NCBI GenBank assembly: GCA_031370785.1
Contig: JANMQY010000004.1
Span: 1-59,086, forward strand
Source: Candidatus Eiseniibacteriota bacterium
GTDB lineage: Bacteria; Eisenbacteria; RBG-16-71-46
DNA: 59,086 nt
Direction of reading: 5' to 3'
In this document: positions 1-10,453 of the stretch, in pieces
How the letters are laid out: every line of letters begins with the position of its first letter
Position numbering within the stretch: position 1 is the first letter of the stretch
Notes under the pieces: generated by a model
What the model was told of the DNA's origin: nothing
Databases searched by the model: none
Seen by the model: the letters and a program-made list of their open reading frames with translations, nothing else
Program-made: the position numbers and the translations under genes

Positions 1-1449
1 CGCCTTGAGCCCGCTCTTGAGCTCGCCCTTCATCACGCCGAAGCGGGCCGGGTGCCTGGCGGCGAACGCGGCGACCTCGCGCTCGATGGTCTCGCGCGCG
101 GCCTCCCAGCGCGAGACGCCGAGCCATCGGCCCTGCGCCGGTGAAACGACCTCGCCGCCTCCGAGCAGCGCCTGGAGCGCGGCCAGCGTCGCGGCCTCGC
201 TCTCGCTCACCGCCTGCGCAAGGACCGCGGTCGCCACGGGCCTGGCCTCGGTTGCGAGCCGCTGCAGGAGCCGCGCCTCGAGCGAGCCGCTTTCGCGCAC
301 CTCGAGCGCCTCGATCCCGGCGGCGTGACGGCGGCGCTTGGCGGCGACGGGCGCGATCATGCTGCCGCCGCCGATAGTGCGGCTGGGCGAGTACTGGCGG
401 ATCACGAACCGATCGCCGCGCGCGGCGACGGTGGGCTGCTCCAGGCGAAGCTGCGCGAGCGCGCTCGTACCAGGCTGGATCGCCGCGCCGTCGAGCGTGA
501 CGAGACGCCCAATGATCTCGCTCGCTCCGAGATGGAAGCGCACCCGCGTGTTGCCGGCCCATTCGCGCGGCACATCGCCGAGCAGCTCGAAGCGCACGTC
601 GAGAATCGACGAAGGCCGGAGCGACCCCGGCGCCACCAGCCAGTCGCCGCGCGTCACCTGCTCGCGCTCGACCCCGTGCAGAGCGAGCGCGGTGCGCTGG
701 CCGGCGCGCGCCTCTTCGACCGTGGCGCCGTGCACCTGCACGCGGCGCACGCGGACGCTCTTGCCCTCGGGCAGCAGCTCGAGCGTGTCGCCGGTGCGGA
801 TCGCGCCGCGCCACAGCGTCCCGGTCACGACGGTGCCAAAGCCTTCGACCGTGAACACGCGATCTATGGGAAGCCTCGCGGGCTCGGCTGTCGATCGCAC
901 GGTCGACTGTGCGAGCTGGCGATCCATCTCGGCGAGCAGCGCCTCGCGGCCCGCGCCGGTCACGGCGCTGAACTCGACGATCGGCGCCTCGGCCAGCGCG
1001 CTGCCCGCGAGCAGCGCGCGCACCTCGCGCGCGACCTCGTCCATCCACTCGCGCTCGGCGAGGTCGCTCTTGGTCAGCACCACGATGCCGCGCGCAACGC
1101 CGAGCAGGCGCACGATCGCCAGATGCTCGCGGGTCTGCGGCATCACGCCCTCATCGGCGGCGATCACCAGCAGCACGAGGTCGATGCCGCCCACGCCGGC
1201 GAGCATGTTCTTGACGAAGCGCTCGTGGCCGGGCACATCCACGATCCCGACGTGCACGCCGGCGGGCGTCACCAGCGGCGCGAAGCCGAGGTCGATCGAG
1301 ATGCCGCGCTTCTTCTCTTCGGGCAGGCGGTCGGTGTCGACGCCGGTCAGGCGCCTTACGAGCGCGGTCTTGCCGTGATCGATGTGCCCTGCGGTGCCGA
1401 CCACGGCGAGCCGCGAGGCGGCGGTGCGGGATGCGGGAGCCTGAGCCAT
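1..1449 (-). CDS. selB: Selenocysteine-specific elongation factor SelB (3' end runs off the window)
   Basis: Manual minus-strand translation gives [28 protein letters not shown]...[38 protein letters not shown], the SelB G-domain signature. The frame is open to base 1, so it is absent from the ORF track. Confidence 0.93.
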   Translation of the reverse strand, partial: MAQAPASRTAASRLAVVGTAGHIDHGKTALVRRLTGVDTDRLPEEKKRGISIDLGFAPLVTPAGVHVGIVDVPGHERFVKNMLAGVGGIDLVLLVIAADEGVMPQTREHLAIVRLLGVARGIVVLTKSDLAEREWMDEVAREVRALLAGSALAEAPIVEFSAVTGAGREALLAEMDRQLAQSTVRSTAEPARLPIDRVFTVEGFGTVVTGTLWRGAIRTGDTLELLPEGKSVRVRRVQVHGATVEEARAGQRTALALHGVEREQVTRGDWLVAPGSLRPSSILDVRFELLGDVPREWAGNTRVRFHLGASEIIGRLVTLDGAAIQPGTSALAQLRLEQPTVAARGDRFVIRQYSPSRTIGGGSMIAPVAAKRRRHAAGIEALEVRESGSLEARLLQRLATEARPVATAVLAQAVSESEAATLAALQALLGGGEVVSPAQGRWLGVSRWEAARETIEREVAAFAARHPARFGVMKGELKSGLKA

Positions 1450-1561
1450 GCGCGGCATGTTACCTGAACGTGGCGGCGCGCTCCGAGCGCGCCAGCGCTT
1501 GGGCGCAGGCGCGCGACGCGCTATGGTCCCGCTCGTGCGGCACGCCACTCACGGAGGAGAC

Positions 1562-2965
1562 ATGCGCAATCCACCCGGGCCAGGGATGCCTCGCGCGCTC
1601 GCTGTCGCTCTGCTGTTCGCATCGCTCGCGCTGGTCGCGAGCGCGCTCGGCGCCAAGGCGCCGCCGGCAGAGGTCCGCCTGACCACGCCGCCCGTCATCT
1701 CGCGTGCGCTGCCGGCGCCGGGCGACAGCGCGGGGCCATCGCCCGAAGTGCGCGCCGCGATCGCGTGGGCGAGAGCGTACGGGCATCGCCTCGCATTCCC
1801 GGACTCGATCCCGGATGGCCAGCTCGCCTTCCTCGACACGCTGCTGGCCGGAAAGCGCGTGGTGCAGCTCGGCGAGAGCGTGTCCGGCACGGCCGAGTTC
1901 AGCACGCTCAAGCTGCGCCTGATCCGTTACCTGCACGAGTGGCTCGACTACGACGTGATCGCGATCGACGGCGGGCTGTTCGACTGCTGGCAGGCGTATC
2001 GCACCGGCGACACGCTCTCGGCAAAGGCGCTGCTCAAGAGATCGGTGTCCGGCACCTGGGCCACGAAGGAGGCGCTCGAGCTGTTCCGCTACATCCAGCA
2101 GACGCGGCGCTCGACGCGCCCGCTCGTGCTGGCAGGGTTCGACGTGCAGGTCACCGGCACCGCGGCCGCCGATCGCGCCTCGTTCTTCGGCGCTACGATC
2201 GCGACGGTGGACGAGGCCTACGCCGATCGGACCCAGGAGTGGATGCTGGCCGCGGCCGCCGAACAGCGCGCGCTGCGCTCGCCGCGCGAGCGCGACCTGT
2301 GGATGACGCGCGAGCGCGGCCGGCTGGTCGCGTCGTACGACTCGCTCGCGGACTGGCTCGGCCGCCACACCGGCGACCTGATGCGCGCCAACCGCGACGA
2401 TCCCGAGATCGCGAAAGTCGCGTGGCGTGCGGCGTGGTGCGCGGCGCGCGGACTGGAACTCTGGTCGCCGGTCGGCATGACGCGCACCCAGCAGCTCGAG
2501 CGCGACGAGCACATGGCGGGCAATCTCGAATACCTGATGGACCTGGTCTACCCGGGCCGCCGCTTCATCGTGTGGACGCACAACGCGCACATCTCCTACG
2601 CGCCCGAACGTGCGGTGCCGCCCGGCCTGCGCGGCATGGGCTCGTGGCTGGCCGAAGGCCGTCGGCGCCAGCTCTACACCGTTGGCCTGTTCATGGGCGC
2701 GGGGAGCGCGGCAACGCCGGAACGCCACGAGTATGCGATCGCGCCGCCCTACCCCGGCAGCCTCGAAGCGATTCTCGGTGGCACCGGTGCCCGGGCGCTG
2801 TTCGTGGACCTGGACGGCGCACACGAAGCGCTGGCCACCGCGTGGATGCGGCGTTCGCTCGCGGCGTACAGCGAAGGCACGCGGATCGAGTCGTGGGTGC
2901 CGGCCGATCAGTACGACGCGATCCTGTTCGTCGCGGACGTCCACCCGCCGCACTGGCTCGAGTAG
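1562..2965 (+). CDS. Erythromycin esterase (Ere/ChaN-like) family protein, probably secreted
   Basis: Contains VVQLGE..GTAEF..LKLRLIRYL, GFDVQ and WTHNAHI motifs. GGAGG precedes ATG 1562, and the N-terminus is a hydrophobic signal-like segment. Confidence 0.8.
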   Translation: MRNPPGPGMPRALAVALLFASLALVASALGAKAPPAEVRLTTPPVISRALPAPGDSAGPSPEVRAAIAWARAYGHRLAFPDSIPDGQLAFLDTLLAGKRVVQLGESVSGTAEFSTLKLRLIRYLHEWLDYDVIAIDGGLFDCWQAYRTGDTLSAKALLKRSVSGTWATKEALELFRYIQQTRRSTRPLVLAGFDVQVTGTAAADRASFFGATIATVDEAYADRTQEWMLAAAAEQRALRSPRERDLWMTRERGRLVASYDSLADWLGRHTGDLMRANRDDPEIAKVAWRAAWCAARGLELWSPVGMTRTQQLERDEHMAGNLEYLMDLVYPGRRFIVWTHNAHISYAPERAVPPGLRGMGSWLAEGRRRQLYTVGLFMGAGSAATPERHEYAIAPPYPGSLEAILGGTGARALFVDLDGAHEALATAWMRRSLAAYSEGTRIESWVPADQYDAILFVADVHPPHWLE

Positions 2966-3051
2966 CGGCGGCGGTTTGCGCCGCGCCGTGCGCTTCACCG
3001 CAACCGCGCTGCCCGTCGCAGTGCGTTCAGCGCGCCGCGCGGACCCGGCGT

Positions 3052-3648
3052 TTACCTGCCGCGCTCGAACGTGGTCAGGGTGTGCGCGAACTGCTCTCCG
3101 ACGAACGCGTAGTTCCCGCAGTGGATGAGTCCCACGTCGCGGAACAGGCGGCGATAGGCGGCCGGGGAGCGCAGCTTGAACTCGCGGTGGTCGCCGGCGA
3201 TCGAATCCTCGGCGGTAAACACCTCGATCCACGCGACGCCGCCCAGCAGCTTCGCGAGCGTCGCGAGCCCGGCACGAGCCTCGGAGGCGCGCACGTAGTG
3301 CAGCACGTCGGCGCAGACGATCAGGTCAAACGGACCCTCGAGGCCAAGTTTCTCGAGCGCGCCGAACCGGCCGAGGCGGATGTTGCGCGCGCGGCCGTAG
3401 CGCTTGACCACGTACTCGCTGCCGTCCACGCCCTGATAGCGTAGGGCGGGACGCAGGCGCTTCAGGATCGCGCGCCACGGCGCTTCGCCGCAGCCGATGT
3501 CGAGTACGGAGCTGACGCGCTGGCCGAGCAGGTACTCGGCGGTGGCGAGTGCGACCGCGACCTTGCGCACGACCGCGCCGCGGCGATGGATGCGCGACGA
3601 GCGGTCGTGGTACCAGCGATCGAAGTACGCGCGGTCGTAGGTCTTCAC
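3052..3648 (-). CDS. Class I SAM-dependent methyltransferase
   Basis: VLDIGCGE motif I and FDLIVCADVLHY. Start is GTG 3648 (7 nt after TACGAT) or ATG 3657. Confidence 0.85.
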   Translation of the reverse strand: MKTYDRAYFDRWYHDRSSRIHRRGAVVRKVAVALATAEYLLGQRVSSVLDIGCGEAPWRAILKRLRPALRYQGVDGSEYVVKRYGRARNIRLGRFGALEKLGLEGPFDLIVCADVLHYVRASEARAGLATLAKLLGGVAWIEVFTAEDSIAGDHREFKLRSPAAYRRLFRDVGLIHCGNYAFVGEQFAHTLTTFERGR

Positions 3649-3732
3649 GCGCGGCATCGTAGCCGATGCCGTCGCGTCGGTGCGAACGCGGACGCCGTGA
3701 AGCCGTGAAGCCGGCGCTGCGCCGCGCTGCCG

Positions 3733-4986
3733 CTACTCCTGCACGCGCTCGATGTTCGCGCCCAGCTTCTGCAGCTTCTGCTCGAGCTGCTCGTAGCCGC
3801 GGTCGAGATGGTAGATGCGCGAGATGCGGGTCTCGCCCTCGGCCACCAGCGCGGCCAGAACCAGCGCGGCGCTGGCGCGGATGTCGGTCGCCATCACCGG
3901 GGCGCCCTGCAGGCGGTCCACGCCCCGGATCACGGCGCTATTGTTCTTGAGCTCGATCTCGGCGCCGAGCCGCTGCAGCTCGGGCACGTGGGTGAAACGA
4001 TCGAGGTAGATCGTGTCGGTGATCACGCTGGTTCCATCGGCCACCGCGCACAGCGCCATCATCTGCGCCTGCATGTCGGTCGGGAAACCGGGGAAGGGCG
4101 CGGTCGTGACATCGACCGAAGAAGGGCGTTTGGGGCCGCTGATGCTCACCTCGCGGTTGCCGGGCAGCACCTCGCAGCCGGCCTCTTCCAGCTTGTGCAC
4201 CGCCGCCGCCATGTCGCCGGCTTGGCAGCACTCCAGGGTGATGCTGCCGCCGGTGATCGCGCCCGCGGCAAGCAGCGTCGCGGCCTCGATCCGGTCGGGA
4301 ATGATGGTGGTGTCGATCGGCTTGAGATCCTTGACGCCATGGATCGCGAGACGGCGCGTGCCGAGGCCCTCGATGCGCGCACCGCATTGCACCAGGATCT
4401 GTCCGAGCACGGTGATGTCGGGCTCGATCGCCACGTTGTCGAGCACGGTGGTTCCCTCGGCGAGCACCGCGGCCATCATCAGCTGCGCGGTCGCTCCGAC
4501 CGAGACCACGTCGAAATGGTATTCGATGCCCTTCAGGCGAACGTTCTTCCCGACGATGTAGCCGTGATCGATCTCGAGCTGGGCGTTCATCGCGTTGAGT
4601 CCATCGAGATGCAGGTTGACCGGGCGCGGTCCCCACGCGCAGCCGCCGGGCAGCGAGACGCGCGCTCCGCCGAAGCGGGCGAGCAGGGGTCCGAGCACGT
4701 AGATGCTCGCGCGCATGGTGCGTACCAGCTCGTACGGCGCCTCGATGCTCTTGACGTTCGAGGTGTCGACCTTGCAGGCGTGCCCGCGGAACTCGACGCG
4801 CGCGCCGAGCCGCTCGAGGACGCGCGCCATGGTCCGTGTGTCGCTGAGCAGCGGCACGTTGCGCAGCGTGTGCACCCCGGGCGCGAGCAGTGTCGCCGCC
4901 ATCACCGGCAGCGCCGCGTTCTTGGCGCCGCTCACTTCGACCCGACCCGACAGCTTCTTCCCGCCGTGAATGATCAGAGCGTCCAT
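3733..4986 (-). CDS. murA: UDP-N-acetylglucosamine 1-carboxyvinyltransferase
   Basis: SGAKNAALP, MRASIYVLGPL, LPGGCAWGPRPVNLH (catalytic Cys), PGFPTDMQAQ, HLDRGYE. An alternative start is ATG 5052. Confidence 0.97.
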   Translation of the reverse strand: MDALIIHGGKKLSGRVEVSGAKNAALPVMAATLLAPGVHTLRNVPLLSDTRTMARVLERLGARVEFRGHACKVDTSNVKSIEAPYELVRTMRASIYVLGPLLARFGGARVSLPGGCAWGPRPVNLHLDGLNAMNAQLEIDHGYIVGKNVRLKGIEYHFDVVSVGATAQLMMAAVLAEGTTVLDNVAIEPDITVLGQILVQCGARIEGLGTRRLAIHGVKDLKPIDTTIIPDRIEAATLLAAGAITGGSITLECCQAGDMAAAVHKLEEAGCEVLPGNREVSISGPKRPSSVDVTTAPFPGFPTDMQAQMMALCAVADGTSVITDTIYLDRFTHVPELQRLGAEIELKNNSAVIRGVDRLQGAPVMATDIRASAALVLAALVAEGETRISRIYHLDRGYEQLEQKLQKLGANIERVQE

Positions 4987-5320
4987 GGGAACCTTTTCGG
5001 TGGATTCGGCGATGCTGGAATCAATCACGCTGTCGTTCGAGCCCACGTCCATTGTGCGCATTCCTTGGGAAGGCCGCGGTTGTGGTTCCGCGGAAGTTGG
5101 ATAGCAGTGCGGTGTGACCGGATTATCGGCGGGTACCCTGTTCAAATCAACCGGTCGCGAAGATTTTTCTTCGATGTGACTCCTGCGACCTCCCCGCGCC
5201 GGTTGGACCTCTCCCGCCACTCGTCATCGAGGGCGAGGCGAACCGTGCGAAGCGCACATCGACTGACGTATTCTGTGGGCGAAATCGCGCTGTGCTCGCC
5301 ATCACACCCTGGAGATCGCC

Positions 5321-6244
5321 ATGTTTCTCGTGCTCGCCACCGCCATCGTGCTCGCCGCCTCGCCCGGCGCCGTCCCTCAGATCCATGCGACCCCTCCGGT
5401 CTCGCTCGCCCCGGCCAGGGCCGACTCGATTCGGAAAGCGGCCGAGGCCGATTGGGCCGAGACCGCGAAGTGGTTGAAGAGCGCGCCGACGTCGTACCTG
5501 GCGACGGTGCAGCGCAGGGACTTCGAGGACCGGACCTCGCTCGTAGTCGGGCGCGATGCGGCGTCCGACGTGCGCATCGACGATCCCGAGCTCGCGGCCA
5601 GGCACCTGCGCGTGACGGTCGTCGGGGACTCCTTTCACGTGCAGGCGCTGGATGATTCCGCGCACTTCCGGGTGAAGGATGTGTCGTTGCGCGAAGCCAC
5701 GCTGGGCCCGAGCAGCATCGGCGTCGGACGATTCATGCTGCGGCTCTCCCACCAGCGATACCCCGCGATCATCGTGTTCGATCCCAGAAGTCCGCGCTAT
5801 GCGCTCTACCATGGCAACAAGGTGTTTCCGGTCGACCTTCGCTACCGCTACGAGCTGCCGCTGACCGCGAACCCGAATCCCGACACGCTGATCATCATGA
5901 GCACGCGTGGCAATCAGCGGCGCGCGGTGCGCGTGGGATGGTTTGATTTCCTCGCGGGGCGCACGCCCTGCCGTCTCGAGGCGGTGCGTCTGCTCGAACC
6001 CGGGGTCGGCGAGAACGACGTCAGCATCTTCTTCCGCGATGCCACGAGCGGACGCGAGAGTTACAGCGTGGGCCGCTACGTCGACCCGCAGCGGCTGCCG
6101 AACGGTCGCTGGCTCGTCGACTTCAACAATGCTTACAACCCGGCGTGCGCCTTCTCGGATCACTACAACTGTCCGATCCCGCCGAAGGCCAACACGCTCA
6201 AGGTGGCGATCCGCGCCGGAGAGATGGACTCGCACTACCACTAA
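5321..6244 (+). CDS. DUF1684 family protein with signal peptide
   Basis: FRDATSGRESYSVGRY, DFNNAYNPACAFSDHYNCPIPP..N.L.V.I.AGE. GGAG precedes the ATG. Confidence 0.88.
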   Translation: MFLVLATAIVLAASPGAVPQIHATPPVSLAPARADSIRKAAEADWAETAKWLKSAPTSYLATVQRRDFEDRTSLVVGRDAASDVRIDDPELAARHLRVTVVGDSFHVQALDDSAHFRVKDVSLREATLGPSSIGVGRFMLRLSHQRYPAIIVFDPRSPRYALYHGNKVFPVDLRYRYELPLTANPNPDTLIIMSTRGNQRRAVRVGWFDFLAGRTPCRLEAVRLLEPGVGENDVSIFFRDATSGRESYSVGRYVDPQRLPNGRWLVDFNNAYNPACAFSDHYNCPIPPKANTLKVAIRAGEMDSHYH

Positions 6245-6332
6245 ATGACACCTGTTTCCTACAACCCAACGTAGTGTTATCGGACGTTGGAAACGTGGGC
6301 AATGCGGCCCATCCCCAACGAAAGGTAGGAAG

Positions 6333-6746
6333 ATGAAGAGTCAACCAAAGGCAGCAGGCAAGGCGGCCTCCAAACTAATCAGCGAAAGGATTGCCGAGTT
6401 GGGTGACTGGAGAGGCGATACACTAGCAAGGATGCGCGCCCTCATCAGGGAGGCCGACCCTGATGTTGTGGAATAGTGGAAGTGGATGGGGACCCCGATA
6501 TGGTCCCATGATGGGGGCATCTGCACGGGAGAGTCGTACAAGTCGATAGTGAAGCTGACCTTCTTTAAGGGCGCTTCCTTGAAAGATCCTGCCAAGCTCT
6601 TCAACTCGAGCCTTGACGGGAACGCAAGGCGCGCCATCGACATTCACGAGGGTGAGGAGATTGACGCGAATGCGTTCAAGGCGCTCATCCGCGCGGCCGT
6701 CGCTCTCAATACTTCTGGCGGAAAGAAGTCCACGAAACGCAAGTGA
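6333..6746 (+). pseudogene. DUF1801 (YdhG-like) gene interrupted by an in-frame TAG
   Basis: Reads MKSQ...GDWRGDTLARMRALIREADPDVVE*WKWMGTPIWSHDG...KLTFFKGASLKDP..LFNSSLDGN.RRAID. The TAG is at 6474-6476, where the family usually has Glu (VVEEWKW). Confidence 0.82.
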
Positions 6747-6850
6747 GCATTCCAAATTTAGCACGTGGCGGAATCGGGCCTCCGCCACCCGCATGAACAC
6801 GGGCCACAATCGCCAGCGACGAGTCGGCCAGCAGGAGCGCTCGCAATGCG

Positions 6851-6876
6851 ACGGCCGCCCCTTGCGGAGCGGCCGT
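6851..6876 (-). terminator. GC-rich hairpin with GCAA loop after the DinB gene
   Basis: Minus strand reads ACGGCCGCUCC-GCAA-GGGGCGGCCGU between convergent genes. There is no strong U tract. Confidence 0.4.
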
Positions 6877-6934
6877 TCGCGTGTCCGCATCTGCGTGAGG
6901 CGGCGGGCGTTTCAGCTCGCCCCGCGTGGCGTGC

Positions 6935-7435
6935 TCACCACGGCTCGTCAGCCGAGGGTCCATAGATCGACGGCACTTTCGCGCCGAGCATGCGCAGGTA
7001 CACGACGAGCTGTCCGCGATGGTTGATCGAGTCGAACAGCATCGTCCACATCATCTCGATGTTGCGTACCTCTCCCGTCTGCTTCGGGCCGGTCGGGACC
7101 TTGACGGTCTGGTTGAAGACACTGTCGGCCGCGGTGCGCAGCTTGGTGACAGCCGCCGCGTGTGAGGTTTCATACTGCTTGATGATCTCGGCAACGGTAG
7201 TCGGCGGAGGTGGGGGCTTCGACATCATGTCCATCTTCCCCCGGCTTACTTCCTCGAACATCTTCTCGACCAGCACGAAGTCCCACATCAGCTCGCGCCC
7301 GGTGCGCGACTTCTCGGCGGGCTTGAATTCCTCCTTACCGGCCGGATAGTTCTTGAGTGCGCGCAGCGTGATGTCGAACTCCCGCTGCCACGTCGTGAGG
7401 AACATGTCCTTTTCGGAAATGGTCTGTGTACTCAT
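6935..7435 (-). CDS. DinB/YfiT family protein
   Basis: FKPAEKSRT, HRGQLVVYLRMLGAKVPSIYGPSADE C-terminus. AAGGAG RBS. Confidence 0.88.
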   Translation of the reverse strand: MSTQTISEKDMFLTTWQREFDITLRALKNYPAGKEEFKPAEKSRTGRELMWDFVLVEKMFEEVSRGKMDMMSKPPPPPTTVAEIIKQYETSHAAAVTKLRTAADSVFNQTVKVPTGPKQTGEVRNIEMMWTMLFDSINHRGQLVVYLRMLGAKVPSIYGPSADEPW

Positions 7436-7606
7436 GAGCAGACTCCTTTGGAGATGAACGCCGAAGAACTCGCGCGTTGGGTTTGGCACGACAAGGGTGC
7501 TGCGACCGTGACGCCATTCGATGCGGCAGGTGTCATGGGAGCGTAAGTCCGGCTCTTGCTGAATCGATGAAGCGATCCCCGATGTCGTAATCGAGGCTCG
7601 CGTCGC

Positions 7607-8509
7607 TCAGGCGCGATCCTCGGGCCACTGGCGCGGTGCGATCGCCGGGCCTCCCTCGCGCCGGGCCAGAAGTACGCGCGGCCGACCCGCGAGATCGTCC
7701 CGGAGCTCGACCCCGCTCCAGTCGTGCGCGCCCTCGAGCCAGCCCGCAACCTCCTCGGCGCGCGCCTCGGCCAGCTCCAGCGCGAGCAGTCCGCCCGAGA
7801 CCAGATGGCGCGGGGCTTCGTCCACGATCTCCCGGAGCGCCTCGAGCCCGCTCGCGCCCGAGAACAATGCCTGCTGCGGCTCGAACGCACGCACGTCGTG
7901 CGGAAGCGCCTCCCACTCTCCGGTCGCGATGTATGGCGGATTCGAAACCACCGCCTCGAACAGATCATCGCCGCCGAGCGCATCGAGCCAGTCGCCGAGC
8001 GCGAACGTGACGCGGCTCGTGAGGCCGAGCGCCTCGGCATTCGCGCGCGCGATCTCAAGCGCCGCGTCGCTCGCATCGGTGGCCGTGACCGTCGCGGAGG
8101 GATATTCGTGCGCGATCGCGAGCGCGATCGCTCCCGAGCCCGTACCCAGATCCAGCAGGCGCGGCGCCGGCCAGTGCGCAGATTCGCGGCGCAGAGTTTC
8201 GAGCACGGCTTCGACCAGGCCCTCAGTCTCGGGGCGCGGCACCAGCACCGAGGTGTTCACCTTGAGATCGAGCCCGCGAAATGCCGCGCGGCCGGTGATG
8301 TACTGAACCGGCTCCCCCGCCACGCGCCGGCGCAGCCACGCGTCGAGAGTGCGTTGCTGATCCGGGCTCAGCTCGCGCGCGCGCTCGAGGTAGAGCTGAG
8401 TGCGCGTGAGTCCGATCAGACGCCCGACCAGCTCCTCAGCGTCGGACCGGGCGGAGTCGCCGCGCAGCGAAGAGACGGCGGTACGCAGCGCATCATCGAG
8501 GGTCGGCAT
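7607..8509 (-). CDS. prmC: Peptide chain release factor N5-glutamine methyltransferase
   Basis: GEPVQYITG, VLVPRPETE, DLGTGSGAIA, SNPPYI. Lies downstream of prfA. Confidence 0.96.
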   Translation of the reverse strand: MPTLDDALRTAVSSLRGDSARSDAEELVGRLIGLTRTQLYLERARELSPDQQRTLDAWLRRRVAGEPVQYITGRAAFRGLDLKVNTSVLVPRPETEGLVEAVLETLRRESAHWPAPRLLDLGTGSGAIALAIAHEYPSATVTATDASDAALEIARANAEALGLTSRVTFALGDWLDALGGDDLFEAVVSNPPYIATGEWEALPHDVRAFEPQQALFSGASGLEALREIVDEAPRHLVSGGLLALELAEARAEEVAGWLEGAHDWSGVELRDDLAGRPRVLLARREGGPAIAPRQWPEDRA

Positions 8510-8561
8510 GTGCGAAGGATAGCGCGGGCGCAAGGGGCCCGCGAATCTCCGCGACGCGCAG

Positions 8562-9272
8562 CTAGTGGTAGATCGCCTTGATCGCGGCCCAGGCGCGATT
8601 GCGCACCGGAACCGATGCGTCACCCGCCCATACGATTCGGTTGCTGTTCGGTTGGTTCGGCTGGGTGATGACGAGTATCGGAACTGGATCAGTCTGAGTA
8701 ATGCGCAGCTCTACTAGTTCGAGGATCACTTGCTGCGGACAGCCAGCGCACGCCCCTGAACCTGTCGTCTTCTGACGGTTGATCACCACTTGGAATAAGT
8801 AGTACTCGGTGCCAGATGCCAAAGGCCCAGCGTCTGCGGTCGGTTGCGCGCTTACCAAGCGGATACGGGCGCGGTTTGGCCCACCGAACAGGGGATACGA
8901 ATAATCCACGGCGTCCAGTTCCCTCCCAAGCCACGGCACGAGGCAATTCGTAAACGCGCCGAACGCAGTTGAAGCGGAGAGCGCGCCCTGACGACAGCCG
9001 CCAACCTGCATCTGCCACCATGGGCTCAACGCCGAATCCGAAGTCTGAAGATCGATCACACCTTCTGCGGCTACGAAGTGATCAATGCCGGGTCCCGGAA
9101 TTAGCGAGACGATTGAGATGTTCGCACCGCCGCTGTTCGTACAATTGGCAATTTTCGCAGGCGTTCCGAAAGACCCGCAATCGTTCCACGCGAGATTGAA
9201 TCCCGCGGCGGATGCGCCGGCAGAGAATGCGAACGTGAATGCGAGGGCGGCAAGTAGCGGGGTGCGAGTCAC
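8562..9272 (-). CDS. Secreted Cys-containing hypothetical protein with C-terminal W-x-x-I-K-x-x-Y motif
   Basis: GGAGG + GTG 9272. Signal peptide ends ASA, followed by GFNLAWNDC...GSGACAGC...PVRNRAWAAIKAIYH. Confidence 0.75.
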   Translation of the reverse strand: MTRTPLLAALAFTFAFSAGASAAGFNLAWNDCGSFGTPAKIANCTNSGGANISIVSLIPGPGIDHFVAAEGVIDLQTSDSALSPWWQMQVGGCRQGALSASTAFGAFTNCLVPWLGRELDAVDYSYPLFGGPNRARIRLVSAQPTADAGPLASGTEYYLFQVVINRQKTTGSGACAGCPQQVILELVELRITQTDPVPILVITQPNQPNSNRIVWAGDASVPVRNRAWAAIKAIYH

Positions 9273-9352
9273 GAGGCCTCCGTCGTTGGTATGCGCCCTA
9301 TCGTGGAGGGTGCGCCTCAAGAATACCAGCCGCTCTTGGCCCGGATCAGCAG

Positions 9353-10453
9353 CTAATTCGCGCGGGCCTCGCCCGCTCCGAGGGCGGCAAGGCGCTCGGC
9401 GGCGTCGGCCTCGAGCAGCGCCCGGCTCATCTCTGCGATGTCGCCTTCCATGAAATCCGGCAAGCGATAGAGCGTGAGATTGATGCGGTGGTCGGTGACC
9501 CGCCCCTGAGGGAAGTTGTAGGTGCGGATCTTGGCGCTGCGATCGCCGGTAGAGACCTGCGACTTGCGCTGGGCCGCGTACTTCGCCTGTGCGGCCTGCA
9601 GCTTGGCGTCGTACAGCCGCGCGCGCAACACCTTCATCGCCTTCGCGCGGTTCTTGATCTGCGAACGCTCGTCCTGGCAGGTGACGACGAGCCCGGTCGG
9701 TATGTGAGTGATGCGCACCGCCGAGTCGGTGGTATTGACGCCCTGCCCGCCCGGACCGCCGGCGCGGTACACGTCCACGCGCAGGTCCGCCTCGCGCACC
9801 TCGACGTCCACGTCCTCGACCTCGGGCAGCACCGCGACCGTCGCGGCCGAAGTGTGGATGCGCCCCGAGCCCTCGGTGTCGGGCACGCGTTGCACGCGGT
9901 GCACGCCCGACTCGAACTTCATTTCTCGATACACGCCATCGCCAGTGAGCAGGAAGATGATTTCCTTGAACCCACCCACTTCCGAAGGGCTCGAGCTGAT
10001 GATCTCCTGCTTCCAGCCGCGCGCCTCGGCGTGCTTGGTGAACATGCGGTAGAGATCGGCGGCGAACAGCGAAGCCTCATCGCCCCCGGTGCCAGCCCGG
10101 ATCTCGACGATCACGTTCTTATCGTCATCCGGATCGCGCGGGAGCAGCAGGCGCTTGAGCTCGGCCTCGAGCTTTTCGCGCTTCTCGCGCAGCTCCGGCA
10201 GCTCGGCGCCCGCGAGCTCGGCAAGCTCGGCATCGCCCGAAGCGACGGCCGCCTCGTCGTCGGCGATGGTTTTGTCGACGGCCCGGTACTCGGCGAGCGC
10301 GCCGATCGTCTTCTGCACGCGCGCGCGCTCCTGCGAGAGCTCGCGAAGTTTCTTCAGGTCCTTCGCGACCTCGGGGCTCGAGAGCAGCTGGTCCAACTCG
10401 GCGAAGCGCTCCTCGACCTTGCGCAACGCGTCCTGCATCGCACGGTCCATCAT
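9353..10453 (-). CDS. prfA: Peptide chain release factor 1
   Basis: [25 protein letters not shown] (PxT), [35 protein letters not shown] overlap with the DUF1385 gene. Confidence 0.97.
   Translation of the reverse strand: MMDRAMQDALRKVEERFAELDQLLSSPEVAKDLKKLRELSQERARVQKTIGALAEYRAVDKTIADDEAAVASGDAELAELAGAELPELREKREKLEAELKRLLLPRDPDDDKNVIVEIRAGTGGDEASLFAADLYRMFTKHAEARGWKQEIISSSPSEVGGFKEIIFLLTGDGVYREMKFESGVHRVQRVPDTEGSGRIHTSAATVAVLPEVEDVDVEVREADLRVDVYRAGGPGGQGVNTTDSAVRITHIPTGLVVTCQDERSQIKNRAKAMKVLRARLYDAKLQAAQAKYAAQRKSQVSTGDRSAKIRTYNFPQGRVTDHRINLTLYRLPDFMEGDIAEMSRALLEADAAERLAALGAGEARAN

Noticed and set aside
325..1467. Long + strand ORFs here, and similar antisense or shifted ORFs throughout (e.g. 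41765-44941 +, 9239-10810 +)
   Set aside because: They are shadow frames of real genes, expected in GC-rich DNA, and carry no recognisable motifs.
6474..6476. Stop-codon recoding (pyrrolysine or selenocysteine) of the DUF1801 TAG, prompted by nearby selB
   Set aside because: Sec uses UGA, TAG is the normal stop of murA, rho and eno here, and the position is normally Glu.
7484..7516. Sigma-54-like sequences upstream of the DinB gene
   Set aside because: The TGGCACG on the + strand has wrong GG-GC spacing and orientation, and the minus-strand match (TGGCGTCACGGTCGCA) is poor.
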